Source of the DNA: the human T2T-CHM13v2.0 reference genome, Homo sapiens
DNA length: 64,000 bases
Reading direction: 5' to 3' (one strand)
NCBI RefSeq assembly: GCF_009914755.1
Contig: NC_060937.1
The position numbers were made by a program, and so were the translations under genes. The notes below the pieces were generated by a model. The model was not told the DNA's origin and searched no databases. It saw only the letters and a list, made by a program, of their open reading frames with translations. Positions 28,696-41,400 of this stretch are shown piece after piece; the stretch's first letter is position 1, and the number at the start of each line of letters is the position of its first letter.

Positions 28696-28894
28696 CAATG
28701 TGTTTGACATTTTATACATTTTTATGGATACCAAAGTAATTCTTTCCTTTTCACTTTCAGTATACATTCAAATCTAGATGAATTCAGTATGAAGGACAGT
28801 GGAAAAGGAGACAGTGAATTGAATGACAGCCATTTGGATATCAGCAGAGAGGGTTTCAAGAAAACATCCTTTCAAATGATTGCAAAACAAGGGG
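28696..28894 (+). pseudogene. PCDH8P1: Pseudo-exon 2 with delta-protocadherin CM1 motif
   Basis: Translates QCV*HFIHFYGYQSNSFLFTFSIHSNLDEFSMKDSGKGDSELNDSHLDISREGFKKTSFQMIAKQG. Donor G|GTAAGT at 28894/28895. Acceptor ctctaag at 28695 (phase 0); alternative tttcag at 28760. Confidence 0.85.
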
Positions 28895-29006
28895 GTAAGT
28901 TCAAACCTGTGGCTTTGAAGCTCTTCCTCTCAAAGCATCATAAGACTCATTCCTGACTTAATTACACTACCAAATAAGTGGCCCCAACTATATATTCATA
29001 GAGGGA

Positions 29007-29085
29007 GTGTCTCGGTCATTTCAGGCTGCTTTAATAAGATACCATAGACTGGGTGGTTTAAACAACAAACATCTGTTTCTCATAA
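29007..29085 (-). mobile_element. Short MLT1A/MST LTR fragment
   Basis: ggctgctttaataagataccatagactgggtggtttaaacaacaaacat. Confidence 0.7.
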
Positions 29086-29589
29086 TAGATAATGAATTTT
29101 ATATAGGCTAAGATTCCATTTGCTGGAAACCTATGAGTATGTGATTTTGTTTGGCTTTGCTTTGTTTACAGAATGCTGCACCAACGCAACCTCATTCTAT
29201 CCAGTCCATCTGCTGTGTCATTTGGGGGTGTGCTTTAGGCCCAATTCTCTGTAATGGTGTCTGGTAATGGAGTGATAGCTCCTGTGGTGAAGACATTATC
29301 AATTATGAGGTATTTTGTGTTAGTCTCCATGAAAATGGGCACTAGATCTTTAATCTCTAAAAGAAAATATCTTACTTAAAGAGGAGTCCTAATGGTATGT
29401 CCTACTGACTCAAATGCCTCTTCACCATAACAGGTGTTTTTGCACAATCTATGTTCATTTCCTTTGACTTTTTTTTTTTTTTTTAATGAGGGGCTTCCAG
29501 AAGCATCCACCTCCTGGTTACCTTCCTCTGAATATTCTCTAGTGTTCAACATATTTCCTAAAATGAGGAACATGAAGTTGTATACAGTG

Positions 29590-31050
29590 ATTCGGTACCA
29601 GCCTCTCTTCTGAGGTCCAAATTCGTTTACACAACTGCCTACTCAACATCTCCATTTGGATTCTGAATGGACACGCTATATGTTCAAAACTAAACTCTTG
29701 GTTTCTATTCTCCAAACCTGTTTTTCCTCTAGTGTCGATATCTCAGTAAAAATGACACATCTATTCACTTAGTTGCTTGCTCTGGCTTAAATCCTTGGTG
29801 TTATTCTTGATTTATTTCTTCCTACACACAACTTTCAATCCATCAGCAAATTCTGTGGAATTTTCTTTCAAAATATATTCTCAATCAATTCACTTCTCAC
29901 CACATTCATTGCTACCACTCTACCCCAGGCACTGTCATCACTTGCCCGGCAATGGCACTAGCCTCAAACTTGGCTCCTCTGCTTCTACTCTTGCCCTCTT
30001 GCAGACCATTCTGCATATGAGAACTAGACTGGTCTCTTACTTCATAAATCAGGTCACATTACTCAACTCTCCAAATACTTGTCACTTAAATAAAATCCCA
30101 AATCCTTATCATGATGTCTTAATTACTATTGCTGTGTAACAGGCCAGGCTAAAATGTAGTGGCATAAAACAACCATTTTTTTATGCTCGTGGATTCTGTG
30201 GTCAATTTAGACAAGGTATAGCAGGGATGGCTTATCTTTGCTTCAAAGTATCTGGGGCCTTAGCTGGGATGATATGATGGCTGGAGGCTGGAACCGTCTG
30301 AAAACTTCTTTAGTTACATGCCAGGTTTGTGGGCTGGGATGAGCCAAAGTTTAGGAGAGCTGACTTGGTGGAGTGGGAAAAAGGGCAGCTTCATGTTCTC
30401 TTTACACGTGGCTTGACTTCTCACAGCGTGGCAGCCTCTGCAAAGTCACATGGCAGCTCGGGCTGCAAACATGAATGATTCATCCAACAGGACAGAAGTC
30501 ACATCTTCTTTTATGACCCAGCTTCTGAAATTACATGATCATTTCTGTCATATTCTATAGTCCAAGCTGTCTTAAGCCCATCCAGATTCAAGTGGCAGGG
30601 ACAAAGACCCTGTGCCTACCCTAGAAAATTGTCAAAGAGTTTTGAGGTTCATGTTTGTAAATCAGCCACACATGACTCATAAAGTCCTGCATTATCTTGC
30701 CCTTGGCTCTTTCTTCTACCTGATTTCTTACCCCTCTTCTCCAGGATGTTTTAGATCATCTTATTGGCCTTCTTGTGTTTTTTGAATACGCAACGCATCT
30801 CTCCATCTCAGACCTCAGGGTCTTGCTGTTCCCTCACCTGGTAAACTTTCTCTAGATACCCATATTGCTTCCCACCTTCATTTAGGCCTTTGTTCATATG
30901 TCCATCTAATCAAAAGAGGTCTTCCAAACCTCAGATTGCCCCTCCTCCCTGTCACTCTCCATCTTCTTTACTCTGCTTTATTTTCTTTCCTGGCATTTAT
31001 CACTCCCTGGCATTATTTGTATATTTATTTGTTTATTATTTGTCTCTTGT
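29590..31050 (+). mobile_element. L2 fragment, interrupted by MLT1F
   Basis: aactgcctactcaacatctccatttggat, caatccatcagcaaattctg, cttgctgttccctc, tttatttgtttattatttgtctc. Confidence 0.8.
30114..30670 (-). mobile_element. MLT1F-like LTR
   Basis: ctattgctgtgtaaca...gtggcataaaacaacc...gctcgtggattctgtgg...ttttatgacccagcttctgaa. Confidence 0.8.
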
Positions 31051-31584
31051 TCCATGTTGAATGGCCACCATCAGATATATACCGAAACAAAAAAACAGAG
31101 CTAAACAAAAATCAGCAAATTTACTGGGTGGATAAATGAAAGGTGTGGTCTAACCAGCGCATACATTGAAACTTGTATGACTAGTTCTTATGATCATATT
31201 GCACTTTAGATTAGTGTAAAATTGTATTGGTATTTTTTGGAAGTTCCATTGTACTCCCTAACTTTCTGAAAAATTTTAGTGTCATCTTAAAACTTGAAGA
31301 TTCTATAGTGAATTTATGTTTCCGGGTCACTTAGCGTTAAATTAGCCTTTTCGAAAGAATCAAAGGACCAGAACTCCTATTGTTTATATTTTCTATTTAG
31401 GAAATTACCAGCTTATTCTTGTCTTAGTTTCTTCTTCCTAATAATAAGCATGATAACTCAAAGTGCTGCTATGGCAAACGATAATGTGATCAAGGCAATG
31501 CATTCAACCTGAGAGAATATTTCTTCTTAGTAATAATAGTCACAACTTTGCTTCTTACCTGTATTCAACAAAAACCTTTTATTT

Positions 31585-31840
31585 GTTTAATAACATTTAC
31601 AGAGGACTTCTTATGTACCAGAAACTGTTCTAGGTACCTTATAAATATTAAACTCACTTGAGTCATGCAACAATGCTATTAGGCAGGTACTATCATTTGA
31701 CCCCATTTCACACATGGGAAACTCAGGCACAGAGCTGTTCGAGTAATTTGGTTGAGGCCGCTCAGCTGTGAGGGGCAGAGCTTGGTCTCCAACCTGGGAA
31801 GTCTGGTTCTAGAGTTCATGCTTTTAATGTTCTGCTGTAG
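31585..31840 (-). mobile_element. MIR
   Basis: taggtaccttata...aggcaggtactatcatt..ccccatttcacacatgggaaactcaggcacagag. Confidence 0.8.
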
Positions 31841-32455
31841 CATATTTTTCTGCAGGTTCTTAAACACTTATTTTATGAGTCTTTTAAAGATTTAGGGCCA
31901 GTTTACATTCCTGAGGATGTTTCTGTCTTTGAGTTTGAATGAGATGCTCTGATTTATGGTTTGGTTTATCCTCCAACTCTCTGCTGCAGTTTCTTATAAA
32001 ACTTTTAGTGGGATTATTGAAAGGATGACACATAGGTAATGGCAAGATAATTGAATTACATGTTGATAGCGAGGAGATAAGAAGTTTAATGAAAATATTT
32101 TAATTTTTTTGCATCTTTTAATAGTTAACACAGAGCATAAATGAATGAATAAATATACTACCAGCCCTCAGAAACTTCATTTTAGATTGTAATTTCACCC
32201 ATTCCTCCCACCAAACCTGTATTAAAGATTCCAGCAAATAGTTTAATTGACTTGCTTGAATTTTATTTCCACTTCATTTCCTCAGTACACCAGCAGGTGG
32301 AGGTGCAAGTCATTGGCAGAAAATCCAGAGGAAGAAAAAAGCAAACAGCTAGAAAACCAGCCCTGGAACAACTGAATATTGTTTACATTTTAAAGTATAT
32401 TTCTATGTAGCATTCAATTTTAAACTATTCTCTTTTTTCCAAGTTTTTTTTTCAG

Positions 32456-32814
32456 ATTATTCAGGATGAAAAACATTCAAGGATCCTGAAAAATTAAACC
32501 AGGAATCTCAAACCAGCAAAAATTGTTCATCACGTCATGAAAATAGCTACAGGGTTGAACTTTCTTCAAGTACCCTTTACCCTCACATTTCCCAGATGAA
32601 AAATACAAATTTCCAACCAGAACACTCAGAACTCAATTGATGTTCTTTTCAAGTCTGTGCCTCCCAAGTGAAGGGCTGCCAAGTGTCTATGACAGAGTTC
32701 AGAACTGCAGACCAGCAATGCCACTTCCCCATTGTTGGACAGAATGATGAATTAAATCATCCTTCAGTGGATGGATCACCTTCACATACTTCAGAAAATG
32801 CCACTTCATTCTAA
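32456..32814 (+). pseudogene. PCDH8P1: Pseudo-exon 3 (terminal coding exon), ends ...HTSENATSF*
   Basis: Strong acceptor (poly-T cag at 32455), phase 1 matching the exon 2 donor. Peptides NCSSRHENSYRVELS, GLPSVYDRVQN (shifted frame) and SENATSF followed by TAA at 32812-32814. Internal stops at 32467 and 32638. Confidence 0.75.
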
Positions 32815-33408
32815 AAAGCTGCAATTCACATAGATGGTCATTTCTGTCAAGTGTTTACAAGCCAGGTTACATGCATGAGCCTTCTAGTTTTGATATACAT
32901 TTTCTTAAATTAAGTTGACAATCCGTGACACAGCACAGGATGATTTTATAGAATCTAGGATATTTTACCAAAAAGTCTTAAAAGTGGTCTTTATTGCCAT
33001 GAATATAACAAATGATCATGAATTTTATATTCTAGTACCTTTTATGAATATAAATATTCAGTCTAGCTACTCATTTACATTTGAATGTGTATGTGATTCT
33101 ACTGCGAATGCAATTCAACTTCAGAATAACTTTAAGCTGAATTAAGAACCTGGACCCGGACCTTAATCATGAGACCCAGTGAGGAGGAAGAGGAAGCTGT
33201 GGGCAGGCAGTATTTGAGTGGGGGTTACTCAAATTGTCTCTCTAGCCTGGCTTCTGAGAGAGTTGCTGAGTGTTTCATGGGTATAACAGTGGCAGATTAT
33301 GGCAGTGGGTGAAAATCAAATGGCAGTGGCTGATGATGTGTTTCTGGGCACTTATCCCATTCACAGCATCAGCTCAATCAGAGGCTGCGGCTACAGGGAG
33401 GAGCATGG

Positions 33409-33458
33409 TGAGAGAGAGCGAGAGAGAGAGCGAGAGAGAGAGAGAGCAAGAGAGAGTG
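33409..33458. repeat. (GA)n-rich microsatellite
   Basis: Direct reading. Confidence 0.9.
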
Positions 33459-33799
33459 AGTGTCTTATGGCCTCAGCCATCTGGGCTAGAGTTCCTAGCA
33501 GAACTCCTTCCTAGCTATGAACAGGATGCTAGGAGAAAACTGAGGCATAAAAGCAAGGATTAAAGGAAGAGTTGGGCCCCAAATGTAGTGACTTAAAAGC
33601 TACTTGAGCAGCTGGGCTTCATCTGGGTCCAACCAGATCCAGGGGCAGCAAGGCTGGGTGATGAGATGGAAGCATCTGATTGTGTCTTGTTTTCTGTAAG
33701 ATTGGCTCGGACTGTGGGAAGAATTGAGTCAGCAAACTGCAGGATGTTTTGTGTCTCCAACTAGAAGAGCCTGGGGGTCATTAAGATTTGATGGGCAGG

Positions 33800-33956
33800 A
33801 ACTGTGCTGCCCAATACTATAACCACTAGCCACATGTGGCTGTTTAAGTTTAAATGAATTACAACTGAATACAATGAAAAATGCTTCAGTCTCAGACAGA
33901 GTCACTATAAAATGTTTCCATCATCACAGAACGTTCTGATGGACGGCATTGGTCTG
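33800..33956. mobile_element. MER3/MER33-like hAT-Charlie element
   Basis: gtgctgcccaata...aaccactagccacatgtggctgtttaag...ttccatcatcacagaacgttctgatggac. Confidence 0.7.
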
Positions 33957-34884
33957 GAAGAAGGGATGAGCCGGAGGTCTACCTTCACAGGCTGGGAATT
34001 GAAGGTAGCCAATGACCCACTGTCCTTGCTCAGCACATATATGGGGAAATGTGTGTTTTTGTCTGTTTTCCACCCTTCCAAATGTGGAGAACTAACTAGC
34101 TCATGACAGTTAGCCTTTTAATGTTTCATGTATTTTAAAATGAATTGACACATTATTCATTATATAATCTTTGAAAAAATGTCTAAAGGCAAGAATTCTC
34201 AATGGTAGAAGGTTTTCTGTAGGCTGGAGAATTTCTAAAGGCTCCTCTGCTATAGTGCCTTAAATTTATAGTCCTCATATTCATTCCAATAACTTCAGAG
34301 ATTTTGTAGCAATAGTCAGATAAAACCTACTGCTCTTACTCCTAAACTCTCCCAAAAATAATTCAGCAGTTTTTAAAACCAGTAATTTATTCCTTAGCCA
34401 CGCTCAGGCAAGAAGCTAGGAAGAACTTCAATCCTTTGGCCACTGGTCTGCCATAGAAAATTACTGCTGTTGGAAATTAGTTTCTGAGTCCCATGTTATC
34501 TTCGAGAGTCAGTGTGTCCTCTGAAGTGTGAGCTTTCCAGATCGGGTGGTCTAGGCCCCAGAGAGACTGTGGCAAATGTGAATGTTCCTTGCTTTATCTG
34601 ATACATATCTTAAAAGTAAAATGGACACCTGTCTTTTGGGTTACATCTAATAATATTTGAAAATTTTAGAGTAATTTTTTGTGTAAGTGCATTCTGTGGG
34701 AAACATTTTTTAAAAGCTGAGAATCTAAAACTTTTCCTCAAATTTACAAATGTAGAATTAGATATTTTTACTTTTCTTAAAATGAGGCTCTCATGTGTTT
34801 GTGATATTAGCTTCTACCTTAATTATGATTCCTAAAGCAATTTATAATTCCTGAATCTTGTCTGTTTATGATTGCATTCCTAAG

Positions 34885-35080
34885 AATAATAATAGGCAAT
34901 CTTTATCAAACACTATATGCAAGGTTCTGTGCTAAATGCTTTACATGAATTATTGTTTTTACACCTTGTAACAATCCTAGGAGGTAATTATATTACTACT
35001 TTAATTTTATAGATGAGGAAATGAGTTTAAAGAGGGTAATATGCTTGAGGTTACACAGTAAGCAAATGAGCTTAGAGTTT
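34885..35080 (-). mobile_element. MIR
   Basis: ctgtgctaaatgctttacatg...acaatcctaggaggta...ttttatagatgaggaaa. Confidence 0.75.
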
Positions 35081-35096
35081 AAAAAATTATGGTATA

Positions 35097-35390
35097 GGCT
35101 GGGTGCAGTGGTTCATGCCTGTAATCCTATCATTTTGGGAGGCCGAGCAGGTGGGTCTCTTGAGCCCAGGAGTTCAAGACCAGCCTGGGCAGCATGGTGA
35201 AACCCCATCTCTACAAAAAATATAAAAATTAGCCATGCATGGCAGTATGTGCCTGTAGTCCCAGCTTCTCAGGAGGCTGAGGTGGGAGAATCACTTGAGC
35301 CTGGGGAGGTTGAAGCTGCAGTGAACTGTGATCACACTACTGTACTCCAGCCTGGGTAACAGAGGGAGACCCTGTCTCAGAAAAAAAAAA
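35097..35390 (+). mobile_element. AluJ
   Basis: ttgagcccaggagttcaag, gcctggggaggttgaagctgcagtga; TSD aaaaatta(t/c)ggtata. Confidence 0.95.
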
Positions 35391-35399
35391 TTACGGTAT

Positions 35400-36700
35400 A
35401 ACACTAAAGTGCATGAGTTTCGAGTTTACAGCCAGATGAAGTTTTATATATATTCACTCTTGTAAGCACCACCTAGATCAAGGTTTGGAATATTTCCAGA
35501 TCCCTAGACGGCTCCCACATATACCTTCCTGGGCAATACCTCTTCCAGAAGTAACTACTATTTAGAATGTAAGAACTATTATAGCCATTACGGAAAACAG
35601 TATGGACGTTCCTTAAAAAATTAAAAATAGAACTACCATATGATCCAGCAACCCCACTTCTAGATGTAAACCCAAATGAAACAAAACCAAAACCACTATT
35701 TTGAAAAGGTATCTACACCCCCATGTTCATTGCAACATTATGTATAATAGCCAAGATACAGAATCAACCTAAGTGTCTATAGATGGATAAGTAGATAAAA
35801 ATGGCAGTATCTATATCTATATATCTATATCTATATATGCAGTATATATATACACACACACACACATACATACGTATGTATGTATAGTGGAGTGTTATTC
35901 AGCCTTAAAGAAGAAAATGTTAACCATTTGCGACAATATGGATGAAAGTGGAAGACACCACGCTAAGTAAAATAAACCAGTCACAGAAAAATACTGCACA
36001 ATCTCACTTATGTGTGCAATCTAAAAAAGTCAGATTCATAGAAGAGTGGAATGGTGGTGTGCTAGGTGAGGGGGAGAGGAAACTGAGAGATGTTGGTCAA
36101 AGGGTACAAAGTTTCAGTGAGGATACATAAATTCTAGAGACTTAACGTTCAGCATAGTGACTATATTGCTGAATTTGATTCTTGAGATTTGCTAAGAGAA
36201 TGTATCTTAAATGTTCTCACCACATGTGGAAAAAACAACTATCTGATTTTTAGCTTGAATATAGTAATCAATTCACTATGTATATGTATATGAGAACATC
36301 ATGATGTGCAGCTTAAATATATAAAATTTCAATTAAGAAATTTAAAAGAGGTAATTATTATTCAAATCTTTTTCACTATCTATTACTTTTTGCTGTGTTT
36401 AAACTTCACATAAATTATACAATTTATACTTTTGGGGCCTGGTTCAAAATTATGTCTATGAACTTCATCCATGCTGTGTATATCATAGTCTGTGCATTCT
36501 CACTGCTGTATAGTAGTCCATTGTATGCATTTACCACAATTTATCCATTGTATAGTTGGTGGAGATTAGGGCAATTTTCAGTTTTTGACTTTTGTGAATA
36601 AGGAATTAATTTACACATTTTTTGGTAGACATAAACACTTATTTCTGTTGGCCATATACCCAGGAGTAGAATTGTTGTGTCAAAGAGTGATGTATCTAGG
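35400..36700 (-). mobile_element. Old L1ME 3' fragment, split by a + strand L1MA
   Basis: caccacctagatcaag...aatatttccaga (35460-35560) resumes at about 36350 with ttcatccatgctgtg, ccacaatttatccatt, atacccaggagtagaattg. Confidence 0.7.
35565..36345 (+). mobile_element. L1MA-type 3' end
   Basis: aaaatagaactaccatatgatccagcaacccc, atgttcattgcaaca, gttggtcaaagggtacaaagtttcag, gatttgctaagaga. Confidence 0.88.
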
Positions 36701-36714
36701 GTTTGAACCTTGAA

Positions 36715-36850
36715 TTTTTTTTTTTTTTTTTTTTGAGACTAGGTTTCACTCTGTTGCCCAGGCTGATTTTGAACTCCTAGGCTCCAGCAGTCCTCCTGTC
36801 TCATCCTCCCTAGTAGCTGGGATTACAGGTGTGCACCCCTGCACCCAGCT
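36715..36850 (-). mobile_element. Monomeric Alu (FLAM-like)
   Basis: Poly-T plus a single arm; TSD ttgaaccttga on both sides. Confidence 0.85.
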
Positions 36851-37964
36851 TGAACCTTGAGTTTTCTGACTCCACTATTATCCATTGTGTAACACTCATT
36901 ACATCAATAGTGGCTAATAAAGACTGAGAGCTCTCTATGAGGTCTTTAAGCTTTCATTTTCTAAGTAGGGTGTTGATTCAGTAGAGAACTTTCTATAAGC
37001 TTAACTAATAACAGCAGGGGGAAGTCTTCTATTTGTTCAACAAATAAGAGAGTCTTTTACATTATTATTAAATAGCTGATGTATTACAATGTATGTGGAA
37101 CACTTAGTAGCTTCTCTTTGAAAACAGCATGATAATATCCATCTTGACAGACTTGCTTTATTCATTGAAATGTATACAGTAAGAGTAGAGTTAGCAATTG
37201 ATCATTCATTTACTTGTATACTGTAATTAGCCAAGGAAGAAACAAATCAATTTAAAACCAATTTCCATAGGCTACACATGCACAGGAATTGATTGCAGAC
37301 TTGAATTTGCTGAATAAAAAATGAAGCTGGCTTATCTCAATTTGTATTTCATCGAGTGAATGTCAGCTATTGATTTCTGTAACTTACTACTGGTGAGGCA
37401 ATCTGTCTGTCATTCTTTAAAGGTAGCACAGCACGATCGCTATGCCGTTTAATTAGGTGTGGTCTAGTCATTTCACTGTTTGAGGAAGATGAAATATTTA
37501 GCTGTAGTGGAAGGAAAAACCTCAGCCAGATGCCTGCTCTATCACCCTCTTTCAGACTGGTACTCATCTTAATTTAATGCCCATTGATTCTTATTGTTAG
37601 ATGTTGTACAGAGTAGCCCTTTTGTAATGTAGTGTTGGAAGACAAAGCTAAAATGGACTTTACAGGCTAACTGAACTCTCTCAAGCTTTCTTGAACTCTT
37701 GACAATGCAGCATTACATTCTAGGGGAATGACTTGACCTGTGTGTTATAGAATAGGTTTCCACAGTGTGCCAGGTTTTCTTAGAGAGTAATTCATGTTGC
37801 CATTGTCATACAGGATTTGTATAGTCTTTGACAAGTTGCAATGTCTTTTTCCCTGGCGCAACACAGAAGATGTAATGTTTAACTATATCTGAACACTACC
37901 GCTTATGTAAAAAATTGTCTGAAATAACAGTGAAATAATGTCTTCTTTCTTAAAAGAAGTATCA

Positions 37965-38110
37965 CAACCTCTTTATCTCTTCGTTTTCGGTTTCCTCACC
38001 TGTAAAATGGAGGAATAGTACCTACTTCATTGCTATTTTATGCTAGCTAAATGAGACAGTATGTATAAAATGCATACAGCAATGCCTTTCACCTAGTAAT
38101 AACTTTATTT
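37965..38110 (+). mobile_element. MIR
   Basis: ggtttcctcacctgtaaaatggaggaatagtacctacttca. Confidence 0.8.
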
Positions 38111-38128
38111 ATTATTATTAATGTCAGA

Positions 38129-38415
<287 letters not shown>

Positions 38416-41400
38416 AAAAATGTTTTTAATGTCATTAATATTATTCGTTTTTCTCTTCCTTTGTTTAAATTGGCATCATATTCTAAATATTCCTACATTT
38501 TTTCTCTATTTCTTTCTGCTTGGTGCAATTAATACTTTCCATCTTTTTTGGTTGGTTACCATTATTATTTTTTAAACTAACTTTTCAAATAGGTGACCAA
38601 AAATGATTTAAATCCCTGGGGACCATAATATTTTTGACAGCAGTATGAGACTGATTTTAAAAATATTCCTTGGTAGAAACATTTTTTTTTACAATAGTTC
38701 TTATAAAGTTAGATCAGTTGGTCATTTTGTCTACAGCTATATTTCAAGCCAGTGGCAATCTTGACAGATGTATGAGGTATTTAAATGGAAAGATCAGAGT
38801 TCAGTAATAATAAATATACTGATACTTTAGTTTAAAGATTATACAATAATCTCACAAAAGTAGGTATCCCCCTTTTACTTACTTTGACACGTGTTAATGT
38901 GCCGTTTAATTGAACCTGTAAGGCTACCTGCTCTGTATCCCAAATACTCCCATCAGGGTGTAGTTGTAATACCCTGCAAGAGGCATTAAGTAATAAAAGG
39001 GTAAATGATCAGCTTCTAGCTCAGGCCACTGTAACTGGGGAGATTATTGATAGTGAGGCATTGCTACATAATAAGAGAGTCTTCCAGGAAGGACTCAATC
39101 TGAAAGGTATTTTTCTTCCATCTAAAACCAGGAAAACCTATAGAACATCTCCTACATAACCCAGAAGACATTCACAGACATTTATAGACATTTTTGCAGA
39201 CATGTTTATAAAAGGCATACTGGTCCTTGCTGGTTTTCAGCTTCATCTCTGGTCACCTTCTTACTTGCACTTCCTGTCTAAGTGTCACCGTAGAAAGGGC
39301 AGCCACAGAGACAATAAGTCAAGCTCTGATCCCAGGAGCCAGGCCCACTTCTCAGCCCTGAGACCAGAATCCACTCAAGAGTCTTTAGAGAAATAGGTAC
39401 CTGAAATGCATGGATAACTGGTTCATTTGAGTCCATGTCCCTGAGCAACCTTCCTCCTTCTGCCTATGACGTAGTGTTCTGTGTAGGTATGTCTTTAGGG
39501 GGAGAATGGGCTGGACATGTAAGAGCATGCATTGTGTTCTTGTGCAAATTAGAATTTTCATTGTATATTAAATTGTGTTTTGGTTTTATACATTAGTTCC
39601 ATGAGGTTGAGTTGATGTGATTCTGCTATTCAGAGAAGGATCTCATTCATATTGCTGAATAACCAGGGTTCTGAGTCTGCATATCTGAAAGCTGGATCCT
39701 GTATTATGTCCAACTGACAAAGACAATAAATGCAAGTCCCTAAGGCTTCCTAGGGGACAGCCCACAGGTCCTTCTTTAGGCAGTATTCTACCCTGATCCC
39801 AACCTTGGACAAGGCAGAGTGTGGAATATCCTTTCTTAATTAATTATGTCTATCAGTCACGATGATGGAGTAATAACTAATATCAGTAGAGCTCCTCCTG
39901 TGTACAGTGCTAGTACAATCCTGTGAAGCAGGTACTGTGATTATCTTTCTCCTCCATATAAGAAAATTGAGGTTAAATCACTTAACAAAGTCACAGAACC
40001 AGTGTGTGGTGAAGTTTCAATGCCTGGGCATGTCTTCTGGGTTCAGCGCATATTCCACACTGCCTTCCTGCCTTTCCTCTAGCTTATTAGTTCTTCATTT
40101 TATTATGTGTATAGGCTTGGAAATCAAAGTATCGAAAACCCCATTTTGGTAGTTTCTTTGCTTAAATCACCAGGAGCAAATGAACAGTCTAAATGCACAT
40201 TCAACCACTTGAAGCTGTGATCGGGTCCCTGGTTGAGTGCCGCTCATCCATCATGCATGCTCCTGATAGACATGACAGGTCTTGCACAAAGAGGAGCTTT
40301 TTTCCCTCTCTCGGTGGTACTTCCTTTGAGGCATGCTACTGTTCAGGGCCCTGTTGAGATTTTGATTAAAAAAGACAGATATTGTGCAACTTCCATTAAT
40401 GTTCTATTTCTCCTGTAGCAAAATGTAGGCTCTTGGAACTTTCTCAAGGGAATTTAATTTTCCATGTCTGTTGGCAAATTTAATTTTGAGTTTTACATAA
40501 AACACTAGAAAACAGTTAGTGGCCTGGTCCGGGGTTTATACTTGTAATTCAATGATTCTTTTAGGTGATTTTAACCTGTTTGCAACCTATTTTGTTGTCG
40601 TTGTTCTGTAATTCACAAACCACTAACTTTCTAAAATAAAACTACTTTTTAAAACTACTCTTTAAAATAAAAGAAAACTACTTTTTAAAATAATAAATAC
40701 TTTTTCTGAAGTATTTAACTTTCTTTTGCCCTCCTCTATATGGTTATGGTAATGTCATCTGACTTATTTTTATATTGCTCCCTAAAGGGGAAGAAAACCC
40801 TAAGCTGAGAAACTATGAAAATCCATTTTGAAAGTGCTCAGTGCACAATAACTAATGTTAAGACAGCACATTATACACCTGAACAGTTCTATAATGCCTC
40901 CAATGATACTGTGCCCTTGTTTATGTAGATATAAATCAGTGCCCCAGTCTTTACCTAGCTCCATGTATATATAATTTTCATTAATTCTGTGACTATGTCA
41001 GCTTTGTCAATAACCTGAATATTTTCCTTCTCTCTCCTCTGTGGCTTTAATTTTTTTACCTCCTGGATACTGTTTATTTTTTTCCTACTCATTAGTGTTT
41101 TTCTAGTATTAGAGCTAAAGTAGAAGAGTGAGGAAAGTCAAACATATATATTTGACTTTTTTGTGATTTGGCCCATCAGGTGTTTTAGAAAAGTGATCAA
41201 ATAAATCAAGCAACCAGTACAAAGTTTAGAGCTTCAGTTTCTACTAATATTTTTCTAGATACATGGAATAAATTGGAGTAGGGAGTGGATACGAATACTA
41301 GCTTTCTGCAACTGTTATCAGCTTCATCCCATAAGGGTACTTTTCTTTTTCTGGCATCCCACACAGTCATACTTATAATTCCATGCAATTCATTGCCCAC

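Larger units (their letters stand above)
25600..32814 (+). pseudogene. PCDH8P1: Unprocessed three-exon delta-2 protocadherin pseudogene (PCDH8/PAPC family)
   Basis: Signal peptide, six cadherin repeats (DRE, DxNDxxP, DxD motifs), TM segment and CM1 motif, with multiple stops and frameshifts. The central part is nearly identical to recalled human PCDH8 ([44 protein letters not shown]). The symbol is from recognition, not a lookup. Confidence 0.9.

Noticed and set aside
25600-32814. Processed (retro) pseudogene
   Set aside because: Two phase-compatible introns are present; no poly-A tail or TSD.
39166-39208. agacattt 10-bp tandem units (also AT-rich repeats at 4640-4695 and 40633-40705)
   Set aside because: Ordinary slippage-derived low-complexity repeats.
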